Shown piece after piece: positions 1-13,450 of a stretch of 64,000 bases of DNA. The translations under genes were made by a program, and so were the position numbers. Numbering within the stretch: position 1 is the stretch's first letter; each line of letters opens with the position of its first letter. The notes under the pieces were generated by a model. That model was not told where the DNA came from. It saw only the letters and a program-made list of their open reading frames with translations, and searched no databases. This DNA comes from Bugula neritina (Eukaryota; Animalia; Bryozoa): positions 5,127,929 through 5,191,928 of the forward strand of contig OZ037769.1 of assembly GCA_964035545.1 (NCBI GenBank). The letters are read 5' to 3'.

Positions 1-159
1 TGATATAACATATACTGTGATATAATATGTACTATGACATCATATTATATACTATACACCACCAATTACATTATGCTATAGTAGGCAGTGACAGACTGCC
101 AAATTATTAAAAGACCAGCCAAAAAACATGATGTTTAATAATGCCTGATTCAACAATAC

Positions 160-3100
160 CTCTCACAGCAGAATCTCTACCAGTAGTTTTCCTCTCTTTT
201 TCTTCAACTCCAATGTTATGGTCTACATTACCCACAATCCTGTGCAAATCTTTGCTGACACTACCTAGTAAAGTCTTTAGACTGCTTGCCTCTTCCTAGA
301 GCAGATAAAACCATCTATGACCTACACCTTGCGCTAGAGAACTGCAGTTTAGACCAGGCAAATCACACATTTACTAGAGACTTATGAATAAAAGTAAACT
401 AAAACATATTTTCTACTTGATTAAAGGGTAACACATTTAGGGTATAGTGAAGAAGATAATCGTCAGATATGTAGCACAGCAACTGAAAAATGGAGAGATA
501 TATTTGCAACAAATCTCTTTGTATGACTGCTTAGAACGTTTATGCCTTTCTTAACACGACTTATTGAGTGTGAAAGCGAGTCCCCCAAACCAGTACACAA
601 CTACACACCTACATTTCCCCCCTAAGACTGGTTAGTAATGCCTGCAGAAGCATCACAGGACGTGACATAATCAACATGACCTGCTCAATATATGTTTTAT
701 AAAATAGAAATATTTAGTACAATGTTTCACTAGACAGTAGAGAGATATCAAGCAATGACATGTTGGCAGAGTAACTTACATGTTTTCTATCCCTCTCAGT
801 GCGGGCACCCTGTAACTTCTCATTCAATAGACTCTGTTCTGACGTTAGCTTCTTCACAGCTTCTTCGCTAGACTCAAGTTTCTTAGTCAGGGACTCTACA
901 AGCAATCAAAAAAAAGTCTTGAAAATCTTTAATTAACTGCAGCATTTGACAGGTTGAGAGAAAAACCGACTAATTCAAACATGAATGTACCAACAAGTAT
1001 GGCTGACAAGCTGCCTATTTTCTATTTCCTCTGAGTAGACAATTTCAAAGGCCAAAACCACCAACTGCTGGTTTATCTATTCAACTGCAGGAAGTATGGA
1101 GAGCATTCACAGGCCAACTATGATACTACAATGAATAAAATCAGTTTATTCAGTAAATTCCTTTATAACTCGGATAATTTTACATTCGCACCATTTTGGA
1201 CGAGCAGAGTTTTCATTTCCTGTTCTACTCTAAGTCTATTCTCTTCACTGTGATCCAGTCGACTCATGACCTTGTCCAACTCTAGTACCGCCCCCTTGAA
1301 CATCACCACACCCTCGGCATTGAGGGAGTTGTCCGCATTTTCTGCTGACTCACCTTCCGTGTTGTCTGCCTTCTGCTTGCCGCGATTTCCTGCAACAATA
1401 TGCTGCCTAAGACTTTCAACTAACAGAAATATGCTGCCTAAGACTTTCAACTAACAGAAATATGCTGCCTAAGACTTTCAACTAACAGAAATATGCTGCC
1501 TAAGACTTTCAACTAACAGAAATATGCTGCCTAAAGCTTTTAATCAACAGAAATATGCTGCCTAAGGTTTTCAACACGAATGAAGATAAGATCAAAAGAC
1601 AAAAATTGGTTACAAACTAACAAATGAATAGAATTATAGCAGATATTTACAATATGAATTGCAAAGTCAGTGAAATTAATTTAGATGGTGAAACTAACAG
1701 GCAATTGGAAAATTGAAAGTAACTCAATTTCTTTGAAGCAATAAGTAAACACGTTGGAGATATTCAATAGCAGAGAAGCAAACCTTTGGCCAGCTCAACA
1801 ATGTCAAGGTCAACTTCAGTCTTGGCTTCAGTGACGGCATTTTCTGGTTGATCCGTTAATTTCCTGTACAGAATGACATTGTCTCTACCCTGAGGCGTCT
1901 TGAACTTCTGCACCAGCTCTCGCATCTGCATAATTTATATATATTTATATATGTATATATCAAGTGACATGGGGCAGCCGTGGTCTAGGGCATTTGCCTA
2001 GTAAGCACAAAGTCATGGGTTCGAGCCCCGACAAAGGCCATTGATGATGTTGAGAAGAGCATCCAGTCATAATTGCTCCTGTGCCACATCTGAATAAGTC
2101 CTTAGCCCGATTTAACAAAAAAATCCCTTCCATCAGGGGTTCTCACAGGGATGCTGACTATAAATTTGCGTGCGTTTATATCATAGAGAAAAGGTACAGA
2201 AAAACACACCACAGAACAAAAAGCATAGACAAAAGAATGTAGAGACTAATAAGTGCCAACATATACATGAAACATGCTAATAAAGTGGAATTGGCACAAC
2301 AAACTGATTGAATAAAAACGGCTCCACCTGGTGGAATCTTACCTGAGACCGGGAAACCTGTAGCCCCAGAGTGAAGAACATCTCCTCCAGATCCTTGTCT
2401 ACGATGTAACCAGTGTGAGTCGTATCATAGTACACAAACGCAAGGAGTGTTGCCTTATCTACTGTCACCATTTTACCAACACTCTCTGCATCTTCTTTCT
2501 ACACGAGTGGAAGAATGGAGCCAACAAGTAATGGAATTGCGTCCAAGGAATAGCGGTGCATTAAAATTAAATATGAAGTAAATTTCCCATGAAGGTTGTT
2601 CCAAAAACATGCAACTCTTAGCTATAACTCATTCAAGAGGGATTCCAATATATTGAGACAAATCAGCTCCAACACAAACATCGAAATATCTTTCATTATT
2701 TCAGGTATTAGCAAGCAAGTATAACAGTTATTTTAGCTGTGGTAAGTTTAAATCACTATTATGTTAAACGTAATGTTAGGACCAACTCATAAAAATAATT
2801 ACTGCTACAAAGAAATAAATGCAGCAAGAGTTAAAATTCCACCACAGCAAATACTCTGAACAATATCATCGCAAATTAGTGATTTCTCTAAAAGTATTAG
2901 AAATTAAAATTATCACAGACTCACCTTTCTAGATAACTTCTCAGTTCGTTCAGTCATGCTGCTGCTGAGACTCGACCTGTCATCTTCGTCGTCTGCTTCC
3001 ATCTTCTTCCTTTTCTTTGTCTACAAGAAGGAGAGGATATTAGGAGAGGATACTAGGAGAGGATACTAGAAGAGGATACTATAAGAGGATATTAAAAGAG

Positions 3101-6100
3101 GATACTAGAAGAGGATACTAGAAGAAGATACTATAAGAGGATATTAGAAGAGGATACTAGAAGAGGATACTAGGAGAGGATACTATAAGAGGATACTAGA
3201 AGAAGATACTAGAAGAGGATACTAGAAGAGGATACTATAAGAGGATATAGAAAAGGATACTAGGAGAGGATACAATAAGAGGATATTAGAAGAGGGTACT
3301 AGGAGAGGATATAAGAAGAGGATACCAGGAGAGGATACTAACCTCAGGCTCTATAGACTGGTCAAGTTCACTCTTATTACTCCCACCAGTTTTCTCAGTT
3401 TTGGAATCTTCCACAGTTGATCCTTTCTTGTCTTCTTCAGATTCTGTTGCGTTGCTCTCTGACTTCAGTTCAGCCTGGCAGAGTAAAGGTATGAGATAGA
3501 GTAATGCATAGTAATTCGCTAGTTTCTTTTTACAAAATCTGCTATGAAATATCATGAGATTCCTAAATCATATAATTCTGCAGAAGTATTGGCAATTGGA
3601 ACTTCCACTCAATGCTAAAGAGCAGTCAGTAGTGAATGATTGACCCAGAAAGTTAGGGTTGAATCAAATCAGGTAACAGAAGTATTGTATGAAATGCCAA
3701 AGAATAAAGTATGGCCTGTTTGAAAACTACAAGAAATTTCAAAAAAGTAATTTCATAATGCCTTCCCTACTAATAGGGAAGAAATCGAAGAATGTGAGCT
3801 ATTCCCTGGTTTTACCATTTGGATGTTAAGGATTGGAAACAGTAGAAATATGTTTAAAAATGAAATTACTTTGGGATTACTAATTTTCCAATAGAACTTT
3901 ATTTAATACAAGAAACTTTGAAATAGCCAAGTTAGTTAGGGGAGCTTGTATGAATCACAATCAACAAGTAGCTAGAATAGGCACACAACTCCAGTGTAAC
4001 CTGATAGATCTTGGCTGCCTACTTCCAATGTTCATAAACACCCTATTTGAGTCTTCGGATAGGGTGGCCTAGAAGATATGAAAACAGCAAGAGAAGACAA
4101 CTACCTTTGCACTATCTTTAACTTCAGCTTTTTTAGAGGCTTCTAGTTTCTTTGCCATCTGCTCGGTTTTCAGCTTCTTGTAGATGGTGAAGCCGAAGTC
4201 CCTCATCAACATTTCGTTGAATGACTCGGCAAAAAGAGACACCTGCAACATTTAGTTAGAGACCATCAGTCTTATGAGCTAGCAACATTGAATACAATAT
4301 AGTATTTACTACTTCAACTTCTGTACAACACCTCTCTTAGCACTGCGAGTTGGTAACATCTAATATAATTATAGTAAACTATTTCAATTTCTATATACCA
4401 ACTTTCTTAGCGCTACAAGGTGGTAACATTTTATATAATATTTACTACTTCAATTTCTGTACAACACCTCTCTTAGCCGTGTGACCCACCTCAAAGGAAT
4501 GCTCTTTGTTGTCCTCGGGTCTATAGTCCAACAATAGACTGAGACTCATGACAGAACAATCAAACTTCCCATTCTTAGCTGATCTACAAAGAGAACACAA
4601 CTCCATGGTTACATATATATATGTATATTGTAATTATGCAAATTCAAAACCAATAATGCTTTGGGTGAAGTAAGTGCTTAAAATATGCTTTTGAGGAGTG
4701 AAAATATAATAGTATGGGAAAAGCTGAGTTGAGTTAACAAAGGTATAGACCAGGGCTGTCCACATTTATGTGGCCCTCGAAGGCATAAAAGATAAAATTA
4801 TTTTTCACAGTATACATGAGATAGAATGAAAAATCACATTTAAATGTCTTATTTATATACATGCTACAAAACATGCAGCCTGCAGAAATTTTTGAGACTT
4901 CATTGTGTAATGATTCATAAGAATTTGGACTAAAGTAATTTAAAAGTTACTAATGCTGTGGCCCTCAGCTCAAGCTAAAGCTTACAATGCGGCCCTCACC
5001 ACCTGTATATTCCCTTTCAGTGACCCTTGGTCTGAAAAGGTTGGACACCCCTGGTATAGACCAACAGGCAGCCAAAGTGCTAAACTCTGTAGTGGAGAGA
5101 TAAAAACATCAGAGTATGAAAATGTAGACACTGATGACTAAGTGAGAGGGGACAATTCTATATATGACTAAGAGAGAGGGGACAATACTACGTATAACTA
5201 AGAGAGGGGACAATCCTACATCTGACTTTAAAGAGAGGAAAACCTGTTGGGGTGAACCAAGATGGTTGGCTCGGGAGGGAAGACGTAACACCGCTCAAGA
5301 CGCGCTCTCAACCTCTCCAAGTCTTTAGCTCTCTTTTCTTTTTCCTCTTTAGTTAACTCTGGAGCTTTTTCCTATCAAATTAGTGAAACAGATATTTTAT
5401 CCTGCGTATCAAACAAAAATTAAAGTTAGTAATCAATATTTAACCTAACAAACACCACCAATAAAAGAACTTAATCAATCAATTATCAAAAGAAAATGAT
5501 AAATTTGCAGTTTACAGCTTGTACTGGTTACCAAACAAGAAAAATCACTCATATGTACCACCAAGTGGTGCCTTACCAAAGAGCTACAAAACTCTGACAT
5601 GATACAGTAAGACACATACCTCAGGTTTGTCCGGCTTGGCAGCCCCAGGTGTGCTTGCCTTGGCAGCCCCAGGTGTGCTTGCCTTGGCAGCCTGTTCTTC
5701 ATCAGCCTTCTTTTCCTCTGTAACTATTGACTCATTGCTAGCTGCTTTGTCACCGTCCCCTTCCTTCTTTGCCGTTTCCATAGTAATCTCTGTAGATTTT
5801 TTGTCGTCTACGGGGTCAGCAGTAAGAGCAGGTTCCCCTGTCTCCTCCAGCTTTTCATCTTCTTCCATTTCATTCTTCAACGCTTTTGATAGCTTCAGCT
5901 GTAGCTGGGATTTAAGACCCTTGCAAGAGATACCACGAGCCTCCAGCTCTGTCCTCAATGCAATCACCTGAGAGCAATCAGCAACAGGTTCTATGACACT
6001 CTACGACATTCTATGACACATGACATTCTATGACACTGGCACTCCATGACACTTGGCACTCTATGACACATAGCATTCTGTGACACTTGACATTTTGTGA

Positions 6101-9100
6101 CACATGGCATTCTATGACACATGTCATCATATGAAACCTGGCATCCTGTGACACATGACACTTTAGGACACATGACACTATGTGACACAATATTTCATGG
6201 CATTGCGACATTTGACAGCCTATGACACATGACATCACATGGCACCCTGTCTCAAATGACATTATCTGACAGTGAAATACATAAAATTCCATCACCTATG
6301 ACATCCTGTGACACAACGCATTTTACTACACTCTGATATGCAGCGCACACACACTAACAAGTAGAGTTTTGTAAAGCTATGTTTTAGTATGAGCTTCAAT
6401 TAGCTTAATAAACCGGTAGAGATAGGCAGGTATAGCATACGCAATTACATAATTTAGTATGCAAGCAAATTTCTAGCAAGATGTTGAGCCGTAGGCTTCT
6501 TGACCAACTACCAGTCCACACTCTAAGCACCAAGAAAAATATGCTTGCAAACTGTCCCAATTAGAAAAAACAACAGAACAACATGCAAGAAGGGACTTAT
6601 AGAAGTTTGAAATCTCTCAGCTACGGGACTTCTGTTTTAGAATATGTGTCAGAGAAAATTCACTGTCATAAAAAATCACCAGGAGTGGTTGAAATTCGAA
6701 ATAAGGGCATATAATTAATTGATAATCATGCATTAGTAGCCATAAGAAACCTGTACGATTAAGTAGGTGCATGAAACCGAATCTAGCGAGAATGGAAAGT
6801 CATCAACCTCTGTAATAGAGTTAACATGATTGCTAATGTGTAAATAATCACAAACTAAGCATATAAACAGGCTACTACTGCATAAACGTTACCTTCATGG
6901 TCTTTGGGTCGAGTTTTGACCAATGACTTGGCTCCACTTTGGCCAGTTCTTCAGTCCCTTCACCACCTTCCACTGTCACATCCATTTCTTCATCTGCTTT
7001 TTCCTCCGTTGACTCATTCACACTATCGTCAGCATTAGCAGAGGTATTCAGTGTGTTTTTCTCCTCGGACACTGAATTCTTGTTGCCTGGTTTATCGTCC
7101 TTACATGCTGCCTCTCCAGAAATAGCAGCGGCATCCTACAGAATGGGGATGAAAGATTAATAAATGCATTTACCTATCGGTTAAACTAAATTAAAAAGCA
7201 AATGACAATCATATTGCACTAAAAGCAGAGGTGTGTTAGGTGCCATCTGTACTGGCAGCAGTGAAAAATATATGAGTGGTCTTTAATTTTAGGAATTGTC
7301 CTCCCATAATGTCGGTGAACTAAGCTCAGTATGGAAGTGTCCCTCACTCAATCTAAAATGCAAAACTAACACAAAACTGGATGGAAGACGCCTCACTCAA
7401 CTGTTAACAAAGTCTGAAAATTAAAAGCTCAATCAATAATAAAAATCAGTGCCTGTGACTGGCAGGTCTGTGGCATCTGGTTGCGGGAGGGGGCGGCAGC
7501 CGTCTCGTCTTTTCTAGGCTGCTCCTCTTTCGGAGTAACTTTGAGTAAAAGACTACGTTTATAAGCAGCTTGCAATGCCAGATAATCCATCATAGCTGGA
7601 ACAACACTCCAAATATCAGGAAGAAACATGACTACATGCTCTGTGTGCTCGGCAATTGTCTTCCCTTTGTGCACTTCTTCAGCTCGCAGGTAACTTATGT
7701 CAACAAACCTATACCTGTGTGCAATAACCGCACGGAAACAATAACACTAGGTTAGAATAGTATACATCCAGTACATAGAACATCAGGAAGCCCGTGTGTT
7801 ATAAATCAACAGTGCACAGAAAAACTGCATAGCTGAACAAATAATGTTAGATATATTCTCTACAGAGAAAAGGCACATCAGAGAGTTCATATATAAGATA
7901 CATTGAGAGTGAAAAGCCTGATTTACAAACGTACCACTGAGTGCAAGCAGAGAGGTCTATGGCAGTGAGAGCCTTAGTGGTGCGTATAGCTGTGTTGATG
8001 AGCACCCTCGGGTCATTCACTGGATCCGCCCCGTCCAAACTCGGGCTCCACGGGCCTCCAATAGCCAGTGGTTCATTCTTAGCCCTCATTCCTACTAGAA
8101 AATGAAGCAGCCTTGTGGGGTGTATAAAATCTCCTTCTCTCCCATCCTCGGCCAAAGAGCAGCACTGTTTGTAGATTTCATCAATCGAAGGTTGAGCTAA
8201 CAACATTACCTGAAGAGAAGAACAGGTACTTCAATGAGATAGATGTCAACAGGTGTCAGTGTAAATACAAGTGCATACAGGAGACAAACACAGAGGAAGT
8301 GAGCGGAGCTGAGAGTTTAGTACTCCATGCCTGATGGTATAGCTGGCAAGTTTGTCGACCATGTGTATGTATTTGTATCATTAGTAAGATCATATGTATG
8401 TAACTTTAACAAGTTCTTATATGCTATTACAGTGTTTAGCCTACAGTTGTGTAAGTTACAAGCTTCGCAATAACAATTTATATCACAAAGTACCAAAATA
8501 AACCAACAAATAGCTTTTGACAATTTATTAAACAAACAGATTTAAACGTTACTTGATTAAAATACAAATGAAATCAATCTAATTTCATACTCACAGTAAT
8601 TCCCTAAATGTATTTAACAACTTAAACTCGCGCAAGTTTATAGTCCCTATCCTTGTAAGAAACCCCTGGAGGAAAGGGTTTTTAAAAGCATGTAAGGACT
8701 TATTCATATGTGGCACAGGAGCAATGTTGTACAGGAGCAATTATGACAGAATGCTCTTCCCAACATCACCAATGGCTTTTACTGGGGTCCGAACCCATGA
8801 CTTCACAACTTCCAAACAACCCCCCCCCCCACCAAACCACCATTAATCATGCAGTTACAGACGCCAGCTCACCTTAGCCGAGTACCTGTAATCAGCATCG
8901 GGAGGGTCCACTGTATCGGGGAACGGTTCCAGTGGATCCACATCTCTGTGACAGATGTGGAACTTGGTGGCTGCCCCGAGACGCAGTCGTGAGTGAAGGG
9001 AGAAGCCGGTAGCCCAGTCCAGAGAGAGATGGAAGAAGTCACTAGGGATGTACATGTTGCTGTAACGCTTGCTGATGTCCAGCACTGTACAGCTCCGACT

Positions 9101-11798
9101 GCAACAGACACACCGACACAGGCTTGTAATAAGAAATACTTTCTAATGAGTTAGGATGGACCAGAAAACTGCACGGGAATCAGATTACAGATGAAGATTC
9201 TAAAATAGTTCATGCAAGTCATCAAAAGGAATATCTATGACTTAACAAATTAATATTTACACTCGACTTGGGTGTGTAGAATAAATATTTTACATCACAT
9301 GACTAAAGTGGCTGGCGAGCAGATCTGTGTCAAGGGCAATTTCAATATGATGCCTCAATAACGTTATTCCAATCAACATCCAAATTTCCAATACACTTTA
9401 TTAATTTTTCAATACCAAAATATCAGGTTCCAGAGCGCGTTGATTGATTAAAAAAACACAAGTATTACTGGATGATAACACTATAAACAAACAGCAAAGC
9501 TCTATGACAATTATATCTTCACAAACAGAACATATGATTAAATTCTTACGTGTCAAAAGACAGGGGAGAAATGTTGACGCTGTAGCGAGAAGTTGTGCGC
9601 CTTTTAGGACTTCTACTTCGGCTTTTAGCTTTAGGCGATCGTGATCTTCGTCTAGGAGGTGGAGATCTAGAACGCTTCCTCGGAGGGGGTGAACGCTGTC
9701 GCTCACTCGTGCGCTCATTTCTCCGGTCGTCTCGCCTATCTCTTTGGTCAAAACGACTAGAGGCAGACAGCAAATAAACAAGCAATTATTCTAACCGTGT
9801 TTTCTTTATGTCAACATGTAGCGTGTTGGATTACCCAGTAGCCCTGTGGTGTAATTGGTTAGCGCGCCTGCTTGCTAGCCGGAAGTCCGTGGTTCAAGCC
9901 CCAGTAGGCACAATTATATTACAAGCTATTTCGGCCCTTAGTGAAGTGTGTAGTATTTTTGGTATTAAAAACTTATTAAAATTAAGTTAACGAAGCCAAT
10001 TTTACCAATATGTGAAAAAATAACCTGAAAACTATTAATTTTATATAGAACTATTCAATATATTCTATCCACAATAAACCAACAACATCGAGACCAACCT
10101 CGATCGACTACCACCACTAGAAAGACCGTCGGACCGTGAAGGCGCCATGACGGTTTTCTGCATCAGTTTGGGAATAGTTGAGGAAGGTGTTGAGCTGTAA
10201 GCGGGTCGGGATGGCTGCTGCGGTTGATGTGCAGCCAGGTGGTGCATCTGAATCTGTCCCATACCTGAAGTAGAACAAAGATTGTATAACCAGCACGTAG
10301 GAGTCCACAGAAATTAAACCCTGCCTGAGATAAAAGTTGATCATGATGCAGAACCACATACTGATTAGTTACAACAAAATGATTTTACTGATGATTTATT
10401 ACATTCACATTTTATGTATGCTACTCAAAAGGTTTTCAAACATAATGTCTTTCAAAGTTTTATTGGCTAAACCCATATGCACCAGCTACTTCTTTCAGTG
10501 TAGCCTGTAGACATTGCTAGAACCATGAAATTAAAACCAATGAAAGCAATAAAACTAAAATGTTCAAATATTTGACACTAAATGTTGAGAGAAGGCATTG
10601 AAGGTCATACTTGGTGAAATAAACTCACCTTGGCTGTGCACAGGGGTGATGGATTGCGCAGACAGCTGAGCTTGCTGCAAGGCGGTCAGCTGCTGCACAG
10701 CAGACACCTGTTGAAAGATTTGTTGTGGGACGTGTGAGGGCTGTGCAGTGTTGGGGAGCAGCTAAAATTAAAAGGTACTAAAGCTATTTCATATAAATAA
10801 TTACTATACAAGATAAAGGTGCAGAACATTTGATAATAATTAACTATAACCAAAATATACTAACATGTTGGGTCATAAATACTTTTATTAGATATAACAC
10901 GCAGACACCACGCTCTACCAGTTTGAAAGTATACCTGTATTCGGGTGGCGTTCCATTTGAAAGGCATGTTAGCATTATAAGAAGCTTCAACCAGCACACG
11001 ATCACCCAACTTAGGAACACCTCCTTTGCACACACTATAAATGAGAATATAAAGTCCTGTGTCAGATTACATGCAAGATCAACATGCAAGACCAGCATTA
11101 ACTAGTCTAAATGGAAGGAAAATATCACATTGTGAAAGACAAAAAAGTGAATATTTAAGAAAGTCTGCTAAAATGTGCTTTTGATAAAATTAGAACTCAG
11201 ACTGGCATTCACCTGGTTTGAAAAAATACGTCCTCATCCACAAACCCAAAGTTGTCGCCGACTTTAGTAATAGTGCCCGTGAAAACCCTTGGCTTGTTTG
11301 TAGCGTTTGCAGCAGTTTGCTGTAAAAGTAGTAGCACATAATTTATTATTACAGCATGACATCATCAGTCCTTCAAATGTTAAAATTCAAATGGCAAACA
11401 TTTTAATTTTAATACTTAATGAATCAGAAGCAGGACCTGTGTAACTGCTTACAACAACTATAAAAACTACATTTTCTTAGTCTAAAATGTTTTTAGCACT
11501 AAAATCTAAGGACAAAATCAAGTACAAAACTACTATTAGATTGATATGCAAAGGAGTATTGAAACATATAAATCACCTGTCCAAGTGTTTGCGCAGCCGA
11601 ATAGGGGTTCGTGGTAGCAAAACCATATCCAGTGGCACTTGCCCCTAATATAAAAGCAAACTTAATCACCTCAAAACTGATGCTAAAAATCTTGCATACT
11701 ACACAAATGTCAAAAGTAGAATAAATTAGCCTGAGTATATGCATACCTGTTTGCCTAGCCCATGGAGGATTACCACCCGCTCCACCGCCGAAATTCAT
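160..11798 (-). CDS. CCAR1: Cell division cycle and apoptosis regulator 1 (CCAR1/CARP-1 family), multi-exon; 3' end may continue beyond the window start
   Basis: N-terminus MNFGGGAGGNPPWARQ; S1-like domain (RVFTGTITKVGDNFGFVDEDVFFQ..KLGDRVLVEASYNANMPFKWNATRIQ; exons 11213-11319, 10935-11034); RS-rich exon ~9550-9756; DBC1 domain (VLDISKRYSNMYIPSDFF ~8873-9099; LAIGGPWSPSLDGADP ~7936-8208); SAP domain (LRTELEARGISCKGLKSQL ~5620-5967); LLDYRPEDNKEHSFE|VSLFAESFNEMLMRDFG (~4490-4583, ~4095-4242); EF-hand-like LLAFVYYDTTHTGYI (~2343-2500); coiled-coil exons ~1193-1420, 780-895, 160-295. GT-AG boundaries with consistent phases were checked for the first and last exons. Confidence 0.93.
1404..1575. 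repeat. 31-bp tandem repeat (~5 copies) at a CCAR1 intron/exon junction
   Basis: Unit TGCTGCCTAAGACTTTCAACTAACAGAAATA is repeated and degrades toward 1575. Confidence 0.9.
1971..2180 (+). mobile_element. tRNA-derived SINE copy
   Basis: GGGGCAGCCGTGGTCTAG A-box-like head, GGTTCGAGCCC B box, central GAAGAGCATCCAGTCATAA block and tail shared with five or more other copies in the window. Confidence 0.85.
3030..3340. repeat. ~13-bp purine-rich minisatellite (GAGGATACTAGAA)n in a CCAR1 intron
   Basis: More than 20 degenerate tandem units are visible. Confidence 0.9.
4751..5053. mobile_element. Non-autonomous hAT (Charlie-like) MITE
   Basis: Termini CAGGGCTGTCCA...TTGGACACCCCTG; perfect 8-bp TSD GTATAGAC at 4743-4750 and 5054-5061. 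Confidence 0.88.
5990..6320. repeat. Degenerate TGACACA-core minisatellite in a CCAR1 intron
   Basis: Repeated (CTA/TG)TGACACA(TG) units; these create the spurious Cys/His-rich ORFs 5991-6295. Confidence 0.85.
8625..8845 (-). mobile_element. tRNA-derived SINE copy
   Basis: Reverse complement of the family at 1971-2180, with a small internal duplication (ACAGGAGCAAT x2). Confidence 0.8.
9817..9935 (+). mobile_element. Truncated TRIM-like element: 107-bp LTR-like unit with an internal tRNA-like cassette, followed by a PBS-like site (Helenus-like)
   Basis: TGTAG...TTACA ends (9817-9923); tRNA-like segment 9841-9910 with A box TGGTGTAATTGG and B box GGTTCAAGCCC; followed by AGCTATTTCGGC. The 19-mer TATTACAAGCTATTTCGGC is identical to the LTR end plus PBS of the element at 42734-42752. 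No second LTR is seen. Confidence 0.6.
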
Positions 11799-12039
11799 AT
11801 TTCAGTAGTGAGCAGCGGGAAAATTTCAGTGCTTTTAATTTACTAAAATATATAAGAATATAGCAACTGAAATTAATCACTAGAGAAATGAACTCTGTAG
11901 TAACTATCAATTATTTTTACTACAAATGAAGTCAACTACAAAAGTTATTCCCTTTATGTTTAATCTGTTCATTTGATACCAGAACAGGTTAAATAATGAG
12001 TTATAAAGAGGCACTTTGAAATAATTGGAAAAAGCAAAA

Positions 12040-12730
12040 TAATTAGTCTCTGAGTCTAGACTTAGGATTCTCTAAGAGTCATACTCATAGTGATACTTAT
12101 AGTTATACTTATATTGAAAACCATAATCAGTCTAAAAGTTGAAGTAAATCTAATCTCAGACTGAGAGTGAGACTGAAAGACTAAAATCAGTAAAATGAGA
12201 TTAAGACTAAAACTAAAAGCAAGACGTACAGTTACACTTAGTTTTACAGTTACTCTTACACGTAGAGTTAGACTCAGTCTCACTAACAGTAACAGCAACG
12301 CCAGCAGTAAGTGTAACTCTAAGACTAAGAGTAAGAGTCAGACTCATAGTCACTGAGTGTATATAATTATAAGTATTAGTATAACTATAGCCATATGTAT
12401 AACTATGAGTAATGTTATAAGTATCACTATAACATTAAACTACAATTACAACATCAATATGAATATCAATATGAACTCAATATGATTATAATAATTATAA
12501 TCACTATAACTGTATAAGTATAATTATTAATGAATATTTAATTATTATTTTAATTTATATTTATATTAATATTATATTTATAAAACTACGAATTATCAAA
12601 ATGGGAGTCAAAAATTGCATATAACTTATGAGCTCAGTTTATAAAGATTAATTATTAGCATTGCCATTAGCATTACTATTAGTAATACTAATAGTATTAC
12701 TATTAGTACTATTACTATTAGTATTAGCTT
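12040..12730. repeat. Low-complexity 3/6-bp periodic tract (AGT/ACT/AAT-based)
   Basis: Runs such as AGTAATACTAATAGTATTACTATTAGT lie between the putative promoter and the CCAR1 ATG. Confidence 0.75.
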
Positions 12731-12760
12731 CGAGTTCAACTAACTTTAATCTTAAACAAA

Positions 12761-12772
12761 ACCGCCATGTTG
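12761..12772 (-). promoter_or_regulatory. YY1-type initiator motif in the probable CCAR1 promoter
   Basis: Minus strand reads CAACATGGCGGT, matching the YY1 AANATGGCG consensus, ~1 kb upstream of the CCAR1 ATG and in the same orientation. Confidence 0.4.
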
Positions 12773-13223
12773 CAATATAGCATTTGGTTTTCTAGTTTCG
12801 GCAAATTTTATTCGTGAATTATTCTATATTTCACAGAATACAAAAGAAGAGAGTATGGTTTTTAACGGAACTAAAACGGATGCAAAACAGTCACTTGAAC
12901 AAAAACAGCTCACTTTTACCTCGCAGCTTGATGCGAAAAGCTCAGAGGAAGACAACTCTAAGATTTAAATTGTCATTTATTGCATTGATTTAGATTTTAG
13001 TGGCTATGGCAGCAATATAGAGTCTGTATAGTCATAATGTGAACAACTAGTAATAGTATATTATAGGCATTAAATTGAATGAATAAAACCAGTTGTCTGG
13101 CTAGGTTTGTCTAAAAATATTATTCAAAATCGTTACAATATAGGAGCATATAACATAAGATAGAGTCAGTCTATTAAACCTGTATTAATGACCTTTCCAT
13201 ACTGCTAGCAAATTTATGAACAT

Positions 13224-13450
<227 letters not shown>

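Noticed and set aside
5991-6295. Cys/His-rich ORFs resembling metallothionein or zinc fingers
   Set aside because: Produced by an intronic TGACACA minisatellite; no splice or domain support.
9841-9910. Functional tRNA gene
   Set aside because: Acceptor and anticodon stems pair poorly and there is no adjacent terminator; better read as a tRNA-derived part of a mobile element.
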